Source: an uncultured Nitrososphaerota archaeon | Lineage (GTDB): Archaea; Thermoproteota; Nitrososphaeria; Nitrososphaerales; Gagatemarchaeaceae | DNA: 64,000 nucleotides | Direction of reading: 5' to 3' | Assembly (NCBI GenBank): GCA_963838925.1 | Contig: CAWISW010000002.1 | Span: 32,001 to 96,000, forward strand | Part shown: in pieces, positions 47,414-57,586 of the stretch | Layout of the letters: each line of letters starts with the position of its first letter | Position numbering within the stretch: position 1 is the first letter of the stretch | Made by a program: the position numbers and the translations under genes | Notes under the pieces: generated by a model | What the model saw: the letters and a program-made list of their open reading frames with translations, nothing else | What the model was told of the DNA's origin: nothing | The model's database searches: none

Positions 47414-48517
47414 ATGCGCACAGAAGACAGGGTGGCAATCACGACGACGGCCGTGGCTGCGATAGTGATAGTAATCCTAGTAGTGGCGGTGGCCGGCACG
47501 GTGGTTCTCACAAGCAAGACAAGCACAACCACAGTTACGTCAGTCAGCACAACAACAGCGATGAGCACAAGCACAACGCCAACTTCGCACTTCAAGCTCG
47601 CGCTTCTCGTCGGTGGAGACACGACAGACGATGGCCTGAACGACCAAGGCGTCCAGGTCGCCCAATGGATCGGATCTCATTACGGCTGGAACGTCTCGAT
47701 CTCACAGGACGTCGCCTACTCTAGCCAGGGCGCACTTATGACGACCTACGCGCAGCAAGGCTACAACGTGATATGGACAGACGGAAATCAGTTCATCGGG
47801 ACCACCGAGGCAATCGCAGCTCAATTCCCCAAGGTCGACTTCATCATGACGCCGACATACGACTATGACAACATCACCAAGAACGTCGTGGCACTCGGCG
47901 CCCAAAACCAGGCCACAGGCTACTACTTGGCGGGCGTCCTTTCGGGCAAGATGACGAAGACAAACGCCGTAGGCGTCGTAATCGGCCAATGGTTCGCGGC
48001 TCTCTCGTATGAGTTCTTCGCGTATCAGGCCGGCGTGAAGGCCGCAAACCCATCAGCCCAGGTATACCTCACAGTCCCAGGAACATGGAGTGACCCAACC
48101 ATCGGCTACGAAGATGCGACTACCATGATCAACACGAATCATGTAGACATCCTCGTCCCAATAGCGGACACCACCGGACTCGGAGTGATCTCTGCAGCGA
48201 CGGTCACGAACACCACACTAATCGGCACGGTCCTTGACCAAGTCGACCTATCGCCGACCGACATGATGACGAGCGTCCTCTTGAACATGACCGCATTCAT
48301 ACAGCCAGTCATCGAGCACATCATCGACGGCACATGGAGCCAAATCGGAGGCACGATCGAGAACTTGAACCTAGGCTCGCTCGCGCCCTTCCACGCCTAC
48401 GACACCGTAATCCCGACATCTGTGAAGACTCTGCTCAACCAGACCCAAGCAGGAATCGTAGCAGGCACAATCCAGGTCCCCTTCAACAACACGTCGAGCC
48501 CTCCGACCACGCCCTAG
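47414..48517 (+). CDS. BMP family ABC substrate-binding protein with class III-like signal
   Basis: DRVA|ITT leader, T-rich linker, GYYLAGVL-GKMTKTN-VG, GTWSDP. Confidence 0.88.
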   Translation: MRTEDRVAITTTAVAAIVIVILVVAVAGTVVLTSKTSTTTVTSVSTTTAMSTSTTPTSHFKLALLVGGDTTDDGLNDQGVQVAQWIGSHYGWNVSISQDVAYSSQGALMTTYAQQGYNVIWTDGNQFIGTTEAIAAQFPKVDFIMTPTYDYDNITKNVVALGAQNQATGYYLAGVLSGKMTKTNAVGVVIGQWFAALSYEFFAYQAGVKAANPSAQVYLTVPGTWSDPTIGYEDATTMINTNHVDILVPIADTTGLGVISAATVTNTTLIGTVLDQVDLSPTDMMTSVLLNMTAFIQPVIEHIIDGTWSQIGGTIENLNLGSLAPFHAYDTVIPTSVKTLLNQTQAGIVAGTIQVPFNNTSSPPTTP

Positions 48518-48528
48518 TCAGGCGTTCG

Positions 48529-48553
48529 CGGGAGGGTTCCCCTTCCTTTTTTA
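48529..48553 (+). terminator. Intra-operon hairpin/T-tract after BMP gene
   Basis: GGGAGGG-TTC-CCCTTCC followed by T6. Confidence 0.55.
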
Positions 48554-48589
48554 TCCGAGAGGGTTGACCAGCAGCTGAGTGCTACCTCT

Positions 48590-50122
48590 TTGCCACGAGC
48601 GTCATCAACCATCCCCTTGATCGAGATGAAGGGGATCACGAAGAGTTTCTCAGGGGTCGTGGCCAACAACTCAATCGACTTCGCCATATACGGGGGCGAG
48701 GTCCAAGCCCTACTTGGCGAAAACGGAGCCGGCAAGACCACGCTGATGAACATCCTCTATGGGCTCTACAGAGCCGACTCAGGTGAGGTCCTGGTCCGCG
48801 GAGAAAGCGTCGCGATAGAGTCTCCCAAGGACGCCATCGCATTGAAGATCGCGATGGTCCACCAGCACTTCCAGCTTATCCCGACCCTCACTGTCGCAGA
48901 GAACGTCGGGCTAGGGCTCAAGGCCAAGAGGGAGCCGCTGCTGAACCTCGACGACGTCGTCAGCAAGATAAACGAGCTCGCGAAGGAATACGGGCTCCGC
49001 GTCACTCCGAAGGCGCTGGTCGCACAACTCTCAGTGGGCGAGAGGCAGAGGGTTGAGATAATCAAGGCGCTCTACCGTGAGCCGGACACGCTGATTCTCG
49101 ACGAGCCCACCTCCGTTCTGACTCCCCAGGAGGCCGAGGGCCTCTTCCACTTCATGCGCTCAATGGCCGCCGAGGGACGGGCAGTCGTCGTGATCACGCA
49201 CAAGCTTCCGGAAGTCATGGCAGTGAGCGACAGAGTGACGGTCCTGAGGCACGGAGAGGTCGTCGCCCGGCTCATGACCAAAGAAACCAACCCCAACGAG
49301 CTCGCAGAAAAGATGGTCGGCAGGGACGTCCCGCATGTAGAGGGAGAGCCTGCGCGAGAGCGCTCAGAGGTCGCGGCCATCGAAGTCAGGCAGGTTTCTG
49401 CCTTGAACGACAAGGGCGCGCTCGCCCTTGACAAGATATCGTTCACATTGCGGGCGGGCGAGATCCTCGGGATAGCCGGCGTGGCTGGCAACGGCCAGAC
49501 GGAGCTGGCCGACGTCCTCACCGGGATGAAGAAGGTCACCGGCGGGAAGGTCCTGCTGAAGGATGCCGATGTCACGAACGCCTCGCCGCGGGAGATGATA
49601 GCGCGCGGGGTAGGTCAGATACCTGAGGACAGGATGGGCTCCGGCCTGGTGCTCGACATGTCCATTGCTGAAAACCTCGTGCTCGAGGTGAGGAACGACC
49701 CGAGATTCGAGAAGAGGTATATGCTGGACAGCGAACAGGTCCACCAGAACGCCGAGCGCCTCGTCGAGGAGTACTCGATCTCTTGCGGTGGAGTGGACGC
49801 CCCCGCCCGGACCTTGTCAGGAGGAAACATGCAGAAGCTCATTCTAGCCAAGGTCTTGTCCAGGAGCCCAAAGGTCTTGATTGCAGCGCAGCCGACTTCA
49901 GGTCTCGACGTAGGTGCGACCGAGTTCATCACCGAGAAGCTCCGGGAACAGCGGAGGCTGGGGGTGGGAATATTGCTGATCTCCAGCGACCTAAACGAGA
50001 TCATGTCGATGAGCGACAGGATTGCCTGCATATTCGAGGGGAAGATAATGGGAATCGTTCCTGCCAAGACGGCGGAGATGAAGGAGATCGGCCTGATGAT
50101 GGGGGGCGTCTTGAAGCCATGA
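48590..50122 (+). CDS. ABC ATPase, two-domain CUT2 type
   Basis: GENGAGKT, LSVGERQ, DEPT, LSGGNMQK, GLDVGA. Confidence 0.95.
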   Translation: MPRASSTIPLIEMKGITKSFSGVVANNSIDFAIYGGEVQALLGENGAGKTTLMNILYGLYRADSGEVLVRGESVAIESPKDAIALKIAMVHQHFQLIPTLTVAENVGLGLKAKREPLLNLDDVVSKINELAKEYGLRVTPKALVAQLSVGERQRVEIIKALYREPDTLILDEPTSVLTPQEAEGLFHFMRSMAAEGRAVVVITHKLPEVMAVSDRVTVLRHGEVVARLMTKETNPNELAEKMVGRDVPHVEGEPARERSEVAAIEVRQVSALNDKGALALDKISFTLRAGEILGIAGVAGNGQTELADVLTGMKKVTGGKVLLKDADVTNASPREMIARGVGQIPEDRMGSGLVLDMSIAENLVLEVRNDPRFEKRYMLDSEQVHQNAERLVEEYSISCGGVDAPARTLSGGNMQKLILAKVLSRSPKVLIAAQPTSGLDVGATEFITEKLREQRRLGVGILLISSDLNEIMSMSDRIACIFEGKIMGIVPAKTAEMKEIGLMMGGVLKP

Positions 50123-51114
50123 GCTCAATCTCGAAACCGCTCAGCGACATGCCAACCCATCCGATGACATCCTTGACATCAGCATCATCGGTCGGATCGA
50201 CTGCCCACTCACGCCTCTCGCTGGGGGGAAAAGGAAGCATAGTCGGCATGTTCTACCGAGCAATCAACATGGCGCTCCCGCAGGGACTTGTCTGCTTGGT
50301 TACAGAGGGGGTAGGGCGAGGCCCCCTTAACGTCGTTGTAGGGCTGCCCCCGGGAATCCCAGACATGCTCTCGCTAGGCGTGCGAGTCGGAGACGAAGTC
50401 AGTGTCCACAAGATGACTCTGGAGCTCGGAAGTCGCTACCAGATCTCGCTCGACTCCACGATCGTCTTCTCCCCCGATGCCAATCTTGGGGTGGGAGAGC
50501 TCGAGGGTAGCAAGGTCGCGGCCAACATCGAGGTGATGAGGACTATGGCGCTGGAGCAAGGGAACCTGGGAGGTCTAGGAGGGTTGCTGGCACTGCTCCA
50601 ACCGAGAGCCGGAGGAGAAGCACCCCTGCTCAACATCTTCGCCCAAGCCGCTCTCCCCTCAATCGTCAAGCTCGAGCGCGCCTTCGTCTCTTCGGACGGC
50701 AAGATGCTCACCGAGGCTGTCCGCGGGCTCGTAGGCCTGGGGCCAGGGCTGACCCCGTCCTCCGACGACGCGCTGGCAGGGATTGCACTAGTGTGCTCCC
50801 TCTGCTCCGGTTCTATCGGGGAGGCGAGATACGCCTTCAGGCTCCTATCTGACGCCGTGGTCTCGGAGTCGCGCGGCAGGACGACGACGCTCAGCGAGGA
50901 GTACCTCGCGCAGGCCGCCGTGGGAAGGGGCAACGAGCCTGCCCTGAGGCTGTGCAAAGCGCTTCTAACGGGAGGACGCGAGTCTGTCGAGCTGGAGACG
51001 GCACACGTAATGGCGATTGGCGAGACCTCAGGCACAGACACAATCCTCGGAGTCATCCTGGGCGCGATGCTCTGCACGGGCATGAAGTCGGGACTAGACC
51101 GGAGGGAGAACTGA
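50119..51114 (+). CDS. DUF2877 / YlbF (AllH)-like protein
   Basis: GLGPGLTPSSDD, TTTLS, IGETSGTD; ATGA overlap. Confidence 0.87.
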   Translation: MSSISKPLSDMPTHPMTSLTSASSVGSTAHSRLSLGGKGSIVGMFYRAINMALPQGLVCLVTEGVGRGPLNVVVGLPPGIPDMLSLGVRVGDEVSVHKMTLELGSRYQISLDSTIVFSPDANLGVGELEGSKVAANIEVMRTMALEQGNLGGLGGLLALLQPRAGGEAPLLNIFAQAALPSIVKLERAFVSSDGKMLTEAVRGLVGLGPGLTPSSDDALAGIALVCSLCSGSIGEARYAFRLLSDAVVSESRGRTTTLSEEYLAQAAVGRGNEPALRLCKALLTGGRESVELETAHVMAIGETSGTDTILGVILGAMLCTGMKSGLDRREN

Positions 51115-52691
51115 TGGCGAGCCGGGTGATGGTGAAGAAGGCCACCTACAGGGACTCGATCAGCCTGATGAAGATCTCGAACACCCTCGCCAAGCTCCCC
51201 GGGGTCTCACAAGCCGCCGTCGTGATGGCGACGGAGCTCAACCGGCGAGTGCTGTCCGAGGCGGGGTTCGCGGATGCTGCCATCGGCCGCGCCGCCGGCG
51301 ACGACATGATAGTAGCGATCGAGGCCAAGGACTCCCACTCGCTCGACGCGGCGTTGGGGAAGCTGGAGGCTCTCCTGTCCCCTAGCGAGAGGCCCGCGGG
51401 GGAAAGTGCGCCGCCCACGTCGTTGGGGGAAGCGCTTGAGCTGCTCCCAGACGCGAACCTTGCGGTCATCTCAGTCCCAGGCCAGTTTGCAAAGAGGGAA
51501 GCGATGCAAGCGCTGTCCAGCGGCCTCAACGTCTTCCTCTTCAGCAGCAACGTCTCTCGCGAAGAGGAGGTCGAGCTCAAGAGAGCAGCGAGCAGGAAGG
51601 GCCTTCTCGTCATGGGGCCGGACTGCGGGACCTCGATAATCAACCACAAGGTCCTAGGGTTCGGGAACGTCATCCGCGAAGGCGCGATCGGCCTCGTCTC
51701 CGCCTCTGGCACCGGCCTTCAGGAGGTCACCACCCTCATCCATAAGGCGGGCCTCGGCGTCTCGCAAGCGATCGGCACCGGGGGCGGGGACGTGTCCGAG
51801 CAAGTAGGAGGGCTCACAATGGTCCAGGGCATCGAGATGCTCGAGGCCGACAAGGACACGGACGTGATAGTGCTCATCTCCAAGCCGCCAGCCTCCGGCA
51901 CGATGGAGAAGGTCCTCGGAGTCGCGAAGCGATGCAGAAAACCCGTCCTGGTGAACTTCTTGGGCGGGGAGATCAGCTCGCGCGAGCTCGGGAAGCTCAG
52001 GAGCGCCAGCACCCTCGAAGGCGCAGCGAGGGTCGCATGCGAGCTTGCTGGCGGGAGGCGCCAGGCCGCCCCCGACCCCCTCTCGAAGGCGGCGGTCTCA
52101 GCGGCCTTGGCAGAGAACAGGAGGCTCGCCAAGGGGCAGAAGTACGTCCGCGGCCTCTTCGCCGGGGGGACGCTCTGTTACGAGTCGCAGAGCATCCTTC
52201 AGCCATTGCTGGGCGACGTGTACTCCAACGCCCCGATCAAGCCCGAGTACCACCTCCCAGGAGACGCGCCAAGCAAGAAGCACGTCTGCATCGACATGGG
52301 CTCCGAAGAATTCGTCGAGGGGCGGGCGCACCCCATGATAGACTTCAGCCTGAGGAACATGAGGATAGCGCAGGAGGCCAAAGACCCTGAGACCGCGGTA
52401 ATCTTGCTCGATGTGGAGCTGGGCTACGGCTCGAACGCCGACCCCGCCGGGCAGCTGGCCCCCGCGATCCAAAAGGCCAGAGGTCAGGCCAACGCGGCGG
52501 GCCGGAGCCTGCCGTTCGTCGCTTCGGTCGTCGGGACGGAGGGCGACTTCCAGGGCCTCGCGAGCCAACTGAAGGCCCTCTCAGCGGCCGGAGCGCTGGT
52601 GATGCCCAGCAACGCCCAGGCGACGAGGCTATCAGCGCTGATCGCATCGGGGAAGAAGATAGAAGCGGCGACACTCAGGAGGTCGGACTAG
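51114..52691 (+). CDS. fdrA: FdrA (AllF)-like protein
   Basis: YRDSISLM, ISVPG, MGPDCGT, SASGTGLQE, GGTLCYE, HPMID; TGATG overlap. Confidence 0.92.
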   Translation: MASRVMVKKATYRDSISLMKISNTLAKLPGVSQAAVVMATELNRRVLSEAGFADAAIGRAAGDDMIVAIEAKDSHSLDAALGKLEALLSPSERPAGESAPPTSLGEALELLPDANLAVISVPGQFAKREAMQALSSGLNVFLFSSNVSREEEVELKRAASRKGLLVMGPDCGTSIINHKVLGFGNVIREGAIGLVSASGTGLQEVTTLIHKAGLGVSQAIGTGGGDVSEQVGGLTMVQGIEMLEADKDTDVIVLISKPPASGTMEKVLGVAKRCRKPVLVNFLGGEISSRELGKLRSASTLEGAARVACELAGGRRQAAPDPLSKAAVSAALAENRRLAKGQKYVRGLFAGGTLCYESQSILQPLLGDVYSNAPIKPEYHLPGDAPSKKHVCIDMGSEEFVEGRAHPMIDFSLRNMRIAQEAKDPETAVILLDVELGYGSNADPAGQLAPAIQKARGQANAAGRSLPFVASVVGTEGDFQGLASQLKALSAAGALVMPSNAQATRLSALIASGKKIEAATLRRSD

Positions 52692-52692
52692 G

Positions 52693-52875
52693 ATGTCCGA
52701 GAAGATCGGGAAGAAGTCCATCCTCTCGAGGAAGCTGAAGGTCGTCAACATCGGAGTCTCTACCTTCGCAGACGACCTCCGGTCCCAAGACGTCGTCGTG
52801 GTCCACGTCGACTGGAAGCCCCCCGCGGGCGGAGACGTCGACATGCTGAGGCTGCTCGAGAAGCTGGGGTCGTGA
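52693..52875 (+). CDS. Stand-alone FdrA/YahG terminal domain (60 aa)
   Basis: VVNIG..F..DL..Q...VHVDWKPPAGG. Confidence 0.85.
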   Translation: MSEKIGKKSILSRKLKVVNIGVSTFADDLRSQDVVVVHVDWKPPAGGDVDMLRLLEKLGS

Positions 52876-53816
52876 CCGTGCCTGCGAAGAGGGTCCTTGT
52901 AGCTCTGGGTGGAAACGCCATCCTTCTGCGAGCCAACAAGGGGACGGCCGAGGAGCAGTTCGACAACGTTCGCAAGGCTTGCAGACACCTCGCCAGACTC
53001 ATCCAGCAAGGGCACAGCATCGTCATCACCCACGGAAACGGCCCGCAGGTAGGCGACCTACTCCTGAAGGATGAAATCGCAAAAGACGCGCTCCCGCCCA
53101 TGCCCCTCGACGTCTGCGGAGCCGAGTCTCAGGGCCTAATCGGATACATGATTCAACAGTCATTGAGGAACGAGCTCAAGAGGGTCGGACTCGACCTCCA
53201 GGTCGCCACGGTGCTCACCGAGACCGTGGTAGATGCGAAGGACCGCGCGTTCAAGAGTCCCACGAAGCCCATAGGCCCGTTCTACAGTGAGAGCGAGGCT
53301 TCCCGGCTCAAGAAGACCAAGGGCTGGTTCCTCGCAAACGACAGCGAGCGAGGCTACAGAAGGACGGTGCCCTCGCCGACTCCGCTCGAGATAGTCCAGG
53401 GGCCGACGATCCGAGAGCTCATGGACCTCGGGGTCATCGTGATCGCTGCGGGCGGCGGCGGCATTCCGATCACCGTGGAGAGCGAGGCACGCGGCGTCGA
53501 AGCCGTGATTGACAAGGACCTTGGAGCAGCGGTCTTGGCAAGCGTGGTGAAGGCTGAGGTCTTGATGATCCTGACGGACGTGGACTCGGTCTACATCGAC
53601 TACAACAAGCCCTCTCGACGTCCCATGGCCAAGTTGTCCGTCGCGGAGTGCAGGAGGCTGCTCGAGCAAGGCCAGTTCCCCTCCGGGAGCATGGGGCCGA
53701 AGGTCGAGAGCGCGGTCAAGTTCTTAGAGTCTGGGGGAGAGAGCGCCATCATCACCTCGTTGGAGTTGGCCGAAGAGGCCCTCGCCGGCAAGGCCGGGAC
53801 GACCGTGGTCCTCTGA
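52872..53816 (+). CDS. arcC: Carbamate kinase
   Basis: ALGGNA, THGNGPQVG, PTKPIGPFY, EAVIDKD, GSMGPK. Confidence 0.96.
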   Translation: MTVPAKRVLVALGGNAILLRANKGTAEEQFDNVRKACRHLARLIQQGHSIVITHGNGPQVGDLLLKDEIAKDALPPMPLDVCGAESQGLIGYMIQQSLRNELKRVGLDLQVATVLTETVVDAKDRAFKSPTKPIGPFYSESEASRLKKTKGWFLANDSERGYRRTVPSPTPLEIVQGPTIRELMDLGVIVIAAGGGGIPITVESEARGVEAVIDKDLGAAVLASVVKAEVLMILTDVDSVYIDYNKPSRRPMAKLSVAECRRLLEQGQFPSGSMGPKVESAVKFLESGGESAIITSLELAEEALAGKAGTTVVL

Positions 53817-53900
53817 CGGCCGACCTCTGGGCGTGCAGAGATGCTGGAATCCCGCTGACAAGGTCTAATAGCTGACAGAAGGCTCGAGAGAAAGGAGACG

Positions 53901-55391
53901 TTGAGACGCAGGAGCATCCTGGCGGTAGCCCTTGTCGCCCTGCTTCTCGGCGTAGGCGCATTTGCAGCCCTCCGCCCCCCTCCCGCTTCCGGTTGCCCGC
54001 CTTTCCTGCGGAGTCCCGTCGTCAAGAGCCAGCTCGCCTCGAGGACCTTCGGCGCCGTCACGACCTTCTCTCTTCCTTCTCCGGAGAGGTGGCCGAACGC
54101 GATCACGGTCGCGCCAGACGGCTCGGTCTGGTTCGGCGAGGAAGCGGTCCCGGGGCTCGCGCACCTCTACTTGACGAACGGGACCCTCGTCGAGTACTCG
54201 TTCCCTGGCAACTATCCGGCAAGCTCCCCGGAAGGATACACGTGCGCAGACAGGACTGACATCTGGGGGGTGGCGCTCTGGGACGGGAGGGTCTGGGCCT
54301 CCGACTCAGCCCAGAACAGGCTGGTCGGTCTGGACGCGTCGAACGACACTTTCGAGGTCGTCCCGCTCCTGGCCGCAGACTCGCTGCCATATACTCTCAC
54401 GCCGGGGCCCGACAACGCGCTCTGGTTCACCCAGATCCATTCTGGGCAGATCGGGACCCTCTTCGGCAATGGCACGCTCTTGGAGCACTCCGTCCAAGTC
54501 CCCGAACACCTTCCAAACTCCTCGGCCACCGTCAGCGCGCCCGGGGTCCCGGCTCAGATTGTCTTCGCCAACAGCACCACCGGGTATTATGTCGACGCCT
54601 CGCCCCTGATCAGCGGCCCTGCGGTCTTCGCCTTTGACCCGGCGCACTTCAGCCCGGAGCCCGTGGGAGGAGGAAACCAGAGCCTCTCCGACCCCGACAG
54701 CCTCTCGCTCGGGGCTGGTGGACTGTGGATCGCACAGCATGGTGACTCGAGCCTGGCGTTCAACGGCCTCGAGGGCGGAAACTGGACGCTCTATCCCACC
54801 TCGCGCGTCGTCTACGTCGATACCACGCTCCCATACTTCGTGGAGACGAACGGCTCCCTCGTCTGGTTCAACGAGCACTATGGAAACAGAATCTCTGAGC
54901 TGAACGCCCAGTCCAAGACGTTGACGGAGTACAGCATCTCCGACCCAGCGGCGGGCAACATGTCCCAGATAGACAACGCCCTGACGTTTGCCCTGGGCGG
55001 CGGGAGGGCGTGGTTCACCGAGTCGACCTCCGACGCGGTGGGGTTCGTCGACGCCTCATACCAGCCGTCCTTCTCGATTTCCGCGGCCGAGAACTCCAGC
55101 CTCACGGTCCCGAGAGGTGGAAGCGCGAGTCTTCAGGTCGAACTCCGTGGGAGCGACTCCTCCCCCATCTCGATTCAGTTGTCTTACGCCGGGACGTCCG
55201 CCTCGGCAGGGATGAACATCACGATGGGGGCTGACAAGAGCGAGATAGGCCAGCTGGCGGGCACCCAGAATCTCAAGGTCAGCATCGATGCAGGCCATGA
55301 CACGCCCTCAGGAAGTTACACTCTGCTTGTTACCGCCACGGACGGCCTGGTATCGCAGTCCGTGTACGTCAAACTCTCAGTCGTCCCGTAG
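53901..55391 (+). CDS. Secreted Vgb-lyase-like beta-propeller with C-terminal Ig-like domain
   Basis: Repeats PNAITVAPDGSVWF, GPDNALWFT, VWFNEH..NRI, AWFTE; N-terminal TM helix. Confidence 0.8.
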   Translation: MRRRSILAVALVALLLGVGAFAALRPPPASGCPPFLRSPVVKSQLASRTFGAVTTFSLPSPERWPNAITVAPDGSVWFGEEAVPGLAHLYLTNGTLVEYSFPGNYPASSPEGYTCADRTDIWGVALWDGRVWASDSAQNRLVGLDASNDTFEVVPLLAADSLPYTLTPGPDNALWFTQIHSGQIGTLFGNGTLLEHSVQVPEHLPNSSATVSAPGVPAQIVFANSTTGYYVDASPLISGPAVFAFDPAHFSPEPVGGGNQSLSDPDSLSLGAGGLWIAQHGDSSLAFNGLEGGNWTLYPTSRVVYVDTTLPYFVETNGSLVWFNEHYGNRISELNAQSKTLTEYSISDPAAGNMSQIDNALTFALGGGRAWFTESTSDAVGFVDASYQPSFSISAAENSSLTVPRGGSASLQVELRGSDSSPISIQLSYAGTSASAGMNITMGADKSEIGQLAGTQNLKVSIDAGHDTPSGSYTLLVTATDGLVSQSVYVKLSVVP

Positions 55392-55439
55392 ACGCCATCC
55401 AGGCGGCTCCCCCAAGGAGAGAGGCGTCCTCGGGGCACG

Positions 55440-55459
55440 GTTGCCAATCGTGAGAATCG
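55440..55459 (+). promoter_or_regulatory. YCA-N4-TGA palindrome 12 nt upstream of TATA
   Basis: GTTGCCA-ATCG-TGAGAATCG then TTATTA at 55470. Confidence 0.6.
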
Positions 55460-55510
55460 TCTTCCCCTCTTATTAGGGTTCGGCGAGGCGTTAGACTCGG
55501 TTCGGGGCGC

Positions 55511-56596
55511 ATGATCGAGTCTTCCGTATCACACCCGCAGGGTCAGGTGCACGCCGAAGGGGCACCAGGCATGACGGGGACGGCCACGCAAGCCATGGAG
55601 GTCTTGAAGCTCGAGAATCTCACCAAGAGCTTCGACGGGAAGACGAACGCCGTGGACCATGTCTCTTTCTCGGTGATGCAGGGGGAGATCTTCGGGTTCT
55701 TGGGCCCGAACGGGGCTGGAAAGAGCACCACGATAAACATGCTCACCACGATCCTGCGCCCGACCTCAGGAAATGCGACGGTCTGCGGCCACGATCTGAT
55801 CAAGGAGCAGAACGCGGTGCGAAGGAGCATTGGCGTCGTGCCGCAAGAGTCCACCGCCGACGAAGACCTTACCGGCATCGAGAACGTCCTGCTGTGCGCA
55901 GACTTTTACGGAATATCCAGGAAAGTTTCCAAGCCGCGCGCACAGGAGCTTCTCAATCTGGTCGAGCTCGCCAAGTACGCCGGCAACAAGGTCAGCACGT
56001 TCTCAGGGGGAATGAAGAGAAGGCTGGAGCTGGCCTCCGGCCTCATCAACCGCCCTAGGCTCCTCTTCCTCGACGAGCCCACCCTGGGCCTCGACGTCCA
56101 GACCAGGGCGGCGGTGTGGGACTACATTCGGAGGCTGAAGGAAGACTTCCACATGACGCTGTTCATGACGACCCACTATCTAGACGAAGCCGACAACCTC
56201 TGCGACAGAATCGCCCTCATCGACCACGGAAAGATACTGACCCTCGGTTCGCCGAGCGAGCTCAAGGCTAGCATCGGGGGGGACATAATCGAGGTGCAAG
56301 TCCAGGACGGTGCGGCCGACCTGTCTCCTGCGATCAAGGGGATCGCCAACGTAGTGGACGTCAGAAGGATGGAATCTGATTACAGGATCAAGTCCTTGCT
56401 GGGAGAGGAGACCGCGCCGGCCGTGCTGGAAGCGGTGAGGTTGGCTGGCGCGAAGGTCACAAAGATCTCGATATCCAAGCCCTCGCTCGACCAAGTCTAC
56501 TTGGAGTACACGGGCCGGTCGATCAGGGAAGAGCGCGCTGAGAGCGGCTCTCAAGCTCCAAGACACGGGATGATGGGGATGAGGAGAGGAAGGTAG
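55511..56596 (+). CDS. ABC exporter ATPase (DrrA-like)
   Basis: GPNGAGKST, FSGGMKRR, DEPTLGLD, TTHY. Confidence 0.93.
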   Translation: MIESSVSHPQGQVHAEGAPGMTGTATQAMEVLKLENLTKSFDGKTNAVDHVSFSVMQGEIFGFLGPNGAGKSTTINMLTTILRPTSGNATVCGHDLIKEQNAVRRSIGVVPQESTADEDLTGIENVLLCADFYGISRKVSKPRAQELLNLVELAKYAGNKVSTFSGGMKRRLELASGLINRPRLLFLDEPTLGLDVQTRAAVWDYIRRLKEDFHMTLFMTTHYLDEADNLCDRIALIDHGKILTLGSPSELKASIGGDIIEVQVQDGAADLSPAIKGIANVVDVRRMESDYRIKSLLGEETAPAVLEAVRLAGAKVTKISISKPSLDQVYLEYTGRSIREERAESGSQAPRHGMMGMRRGR

Positions 56597-56620
56597 AGGA
56601 GACTCTGGTGAAAGACGCGG

Positions 56621-57586
56621 ATGACTGATACAGAGACAACGACCGAGGGCCAGAGGCCGCCCGAACCTACGAGTCTACGTGGAAGCGCGAATCAGAGCTC
56701 GCTCCCGTCGTTTGACCAAGAGGCCCGGGTCAACACCAGCCCGGCGCACGGCGTTTGGGCCCTCACCAACAGAGACCTCAAGAAATGGTACAAGTCTCCC
56801 TTGATGCTCCTCCTGACGCTGATCCAGCCCGTCCTTTGGCTTGGACTCTTCGGGAAGGCAATGAACATCGGAGGGATCTTCACCGGCAGCTCCTTCAGCA
56901 TCCCCGGGCTCAACATACCAAAGGCGGAACTCAACACCATTGCGTCGCAGGTGATGCAGAGCACCTTCGGGACGACCGATTACTTCTCCTTCCTGGCGGT
57001 GGGGATGCTCTCCTTCATCGCCCTGTTCATGGCCATGAGCAGCGGAAACTCGGTCGTCTGGGACCGGAGGCTAGGGTTCCTCAACAAGGAGCTGAGCACC
57101 CCTCTCTCGCGCTTCGCCATACCTCTAGGGAAGGTGTTTGCGTCCATAGTCCGAGGACTGACCCAGGCGGCCATTGTGCTCGTCATCGCGGTGTTGCTCG
57201 GACTCGACGTCTCGCACTTCACGGTCCTCGGGATCCTGGGCAGCTTCACCGCGCTCTTCCTGATGGTGATGGGATTCTCTTCGCTCTTCGTCATGCTCGC
57301 GGTCCGCTCCTCGAACCAGGACACCCAGATCATGATAGTCAACCTCCTGAACTTGCCCCTCCTCTTCGCCAGCAACGCGATGTTTCCCTCAAAGCTGATG
57401 CCCGGCTGGCTCCAGCCGATAGTTCAGGTGAACCCCATCAGCTACGCGACCGACATCTCTCGCCAGCTTCTGCTCGGCTCTACGGGGATGGCGCGCCTTC
57501 AATTCGACTTCCTCTATCTGGGCTCCTTTGCGCTTGTGCTCACGGTCCTTGGGATGATAGTGTCGTGGAGATTCCTCTCCAAATAG
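56621..57586 (+). CDS. ABC-2 type permease (DrrB-like)
   Basis: QPVLWL.LFG, WDRRLG, PLLFASNA, NPISY. Confidence 0.92.
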   Translation: MTDTETTTEGQRPPEPTSLRGSANQSSLPSFDQEARVNTSPAHGVWALTNRDLKKWYKSPLMLLLTLIQPVLWLGLFGKAMNIGGIFTGSSFSIPGLNIPKAELNTIASQVMQSTFGTTDYFSFLAVGMLSFIALFMAMSSGNSVVWDRRLGFLNKELSTPLSRFAIPLGKVFASIVRGLTQAAIVLVIAVLLGLDVSHFTVLGILGSFTALFLMVMGFSSLFVMLAVRSSNQDTQIMIVNLLNLPLLFASNAMFPSKLMPGWLQPIVQVNPISYATDISRQLLLGSTGMARLQFDFLYLGSFALVLTVLGMIVSWRFLSK

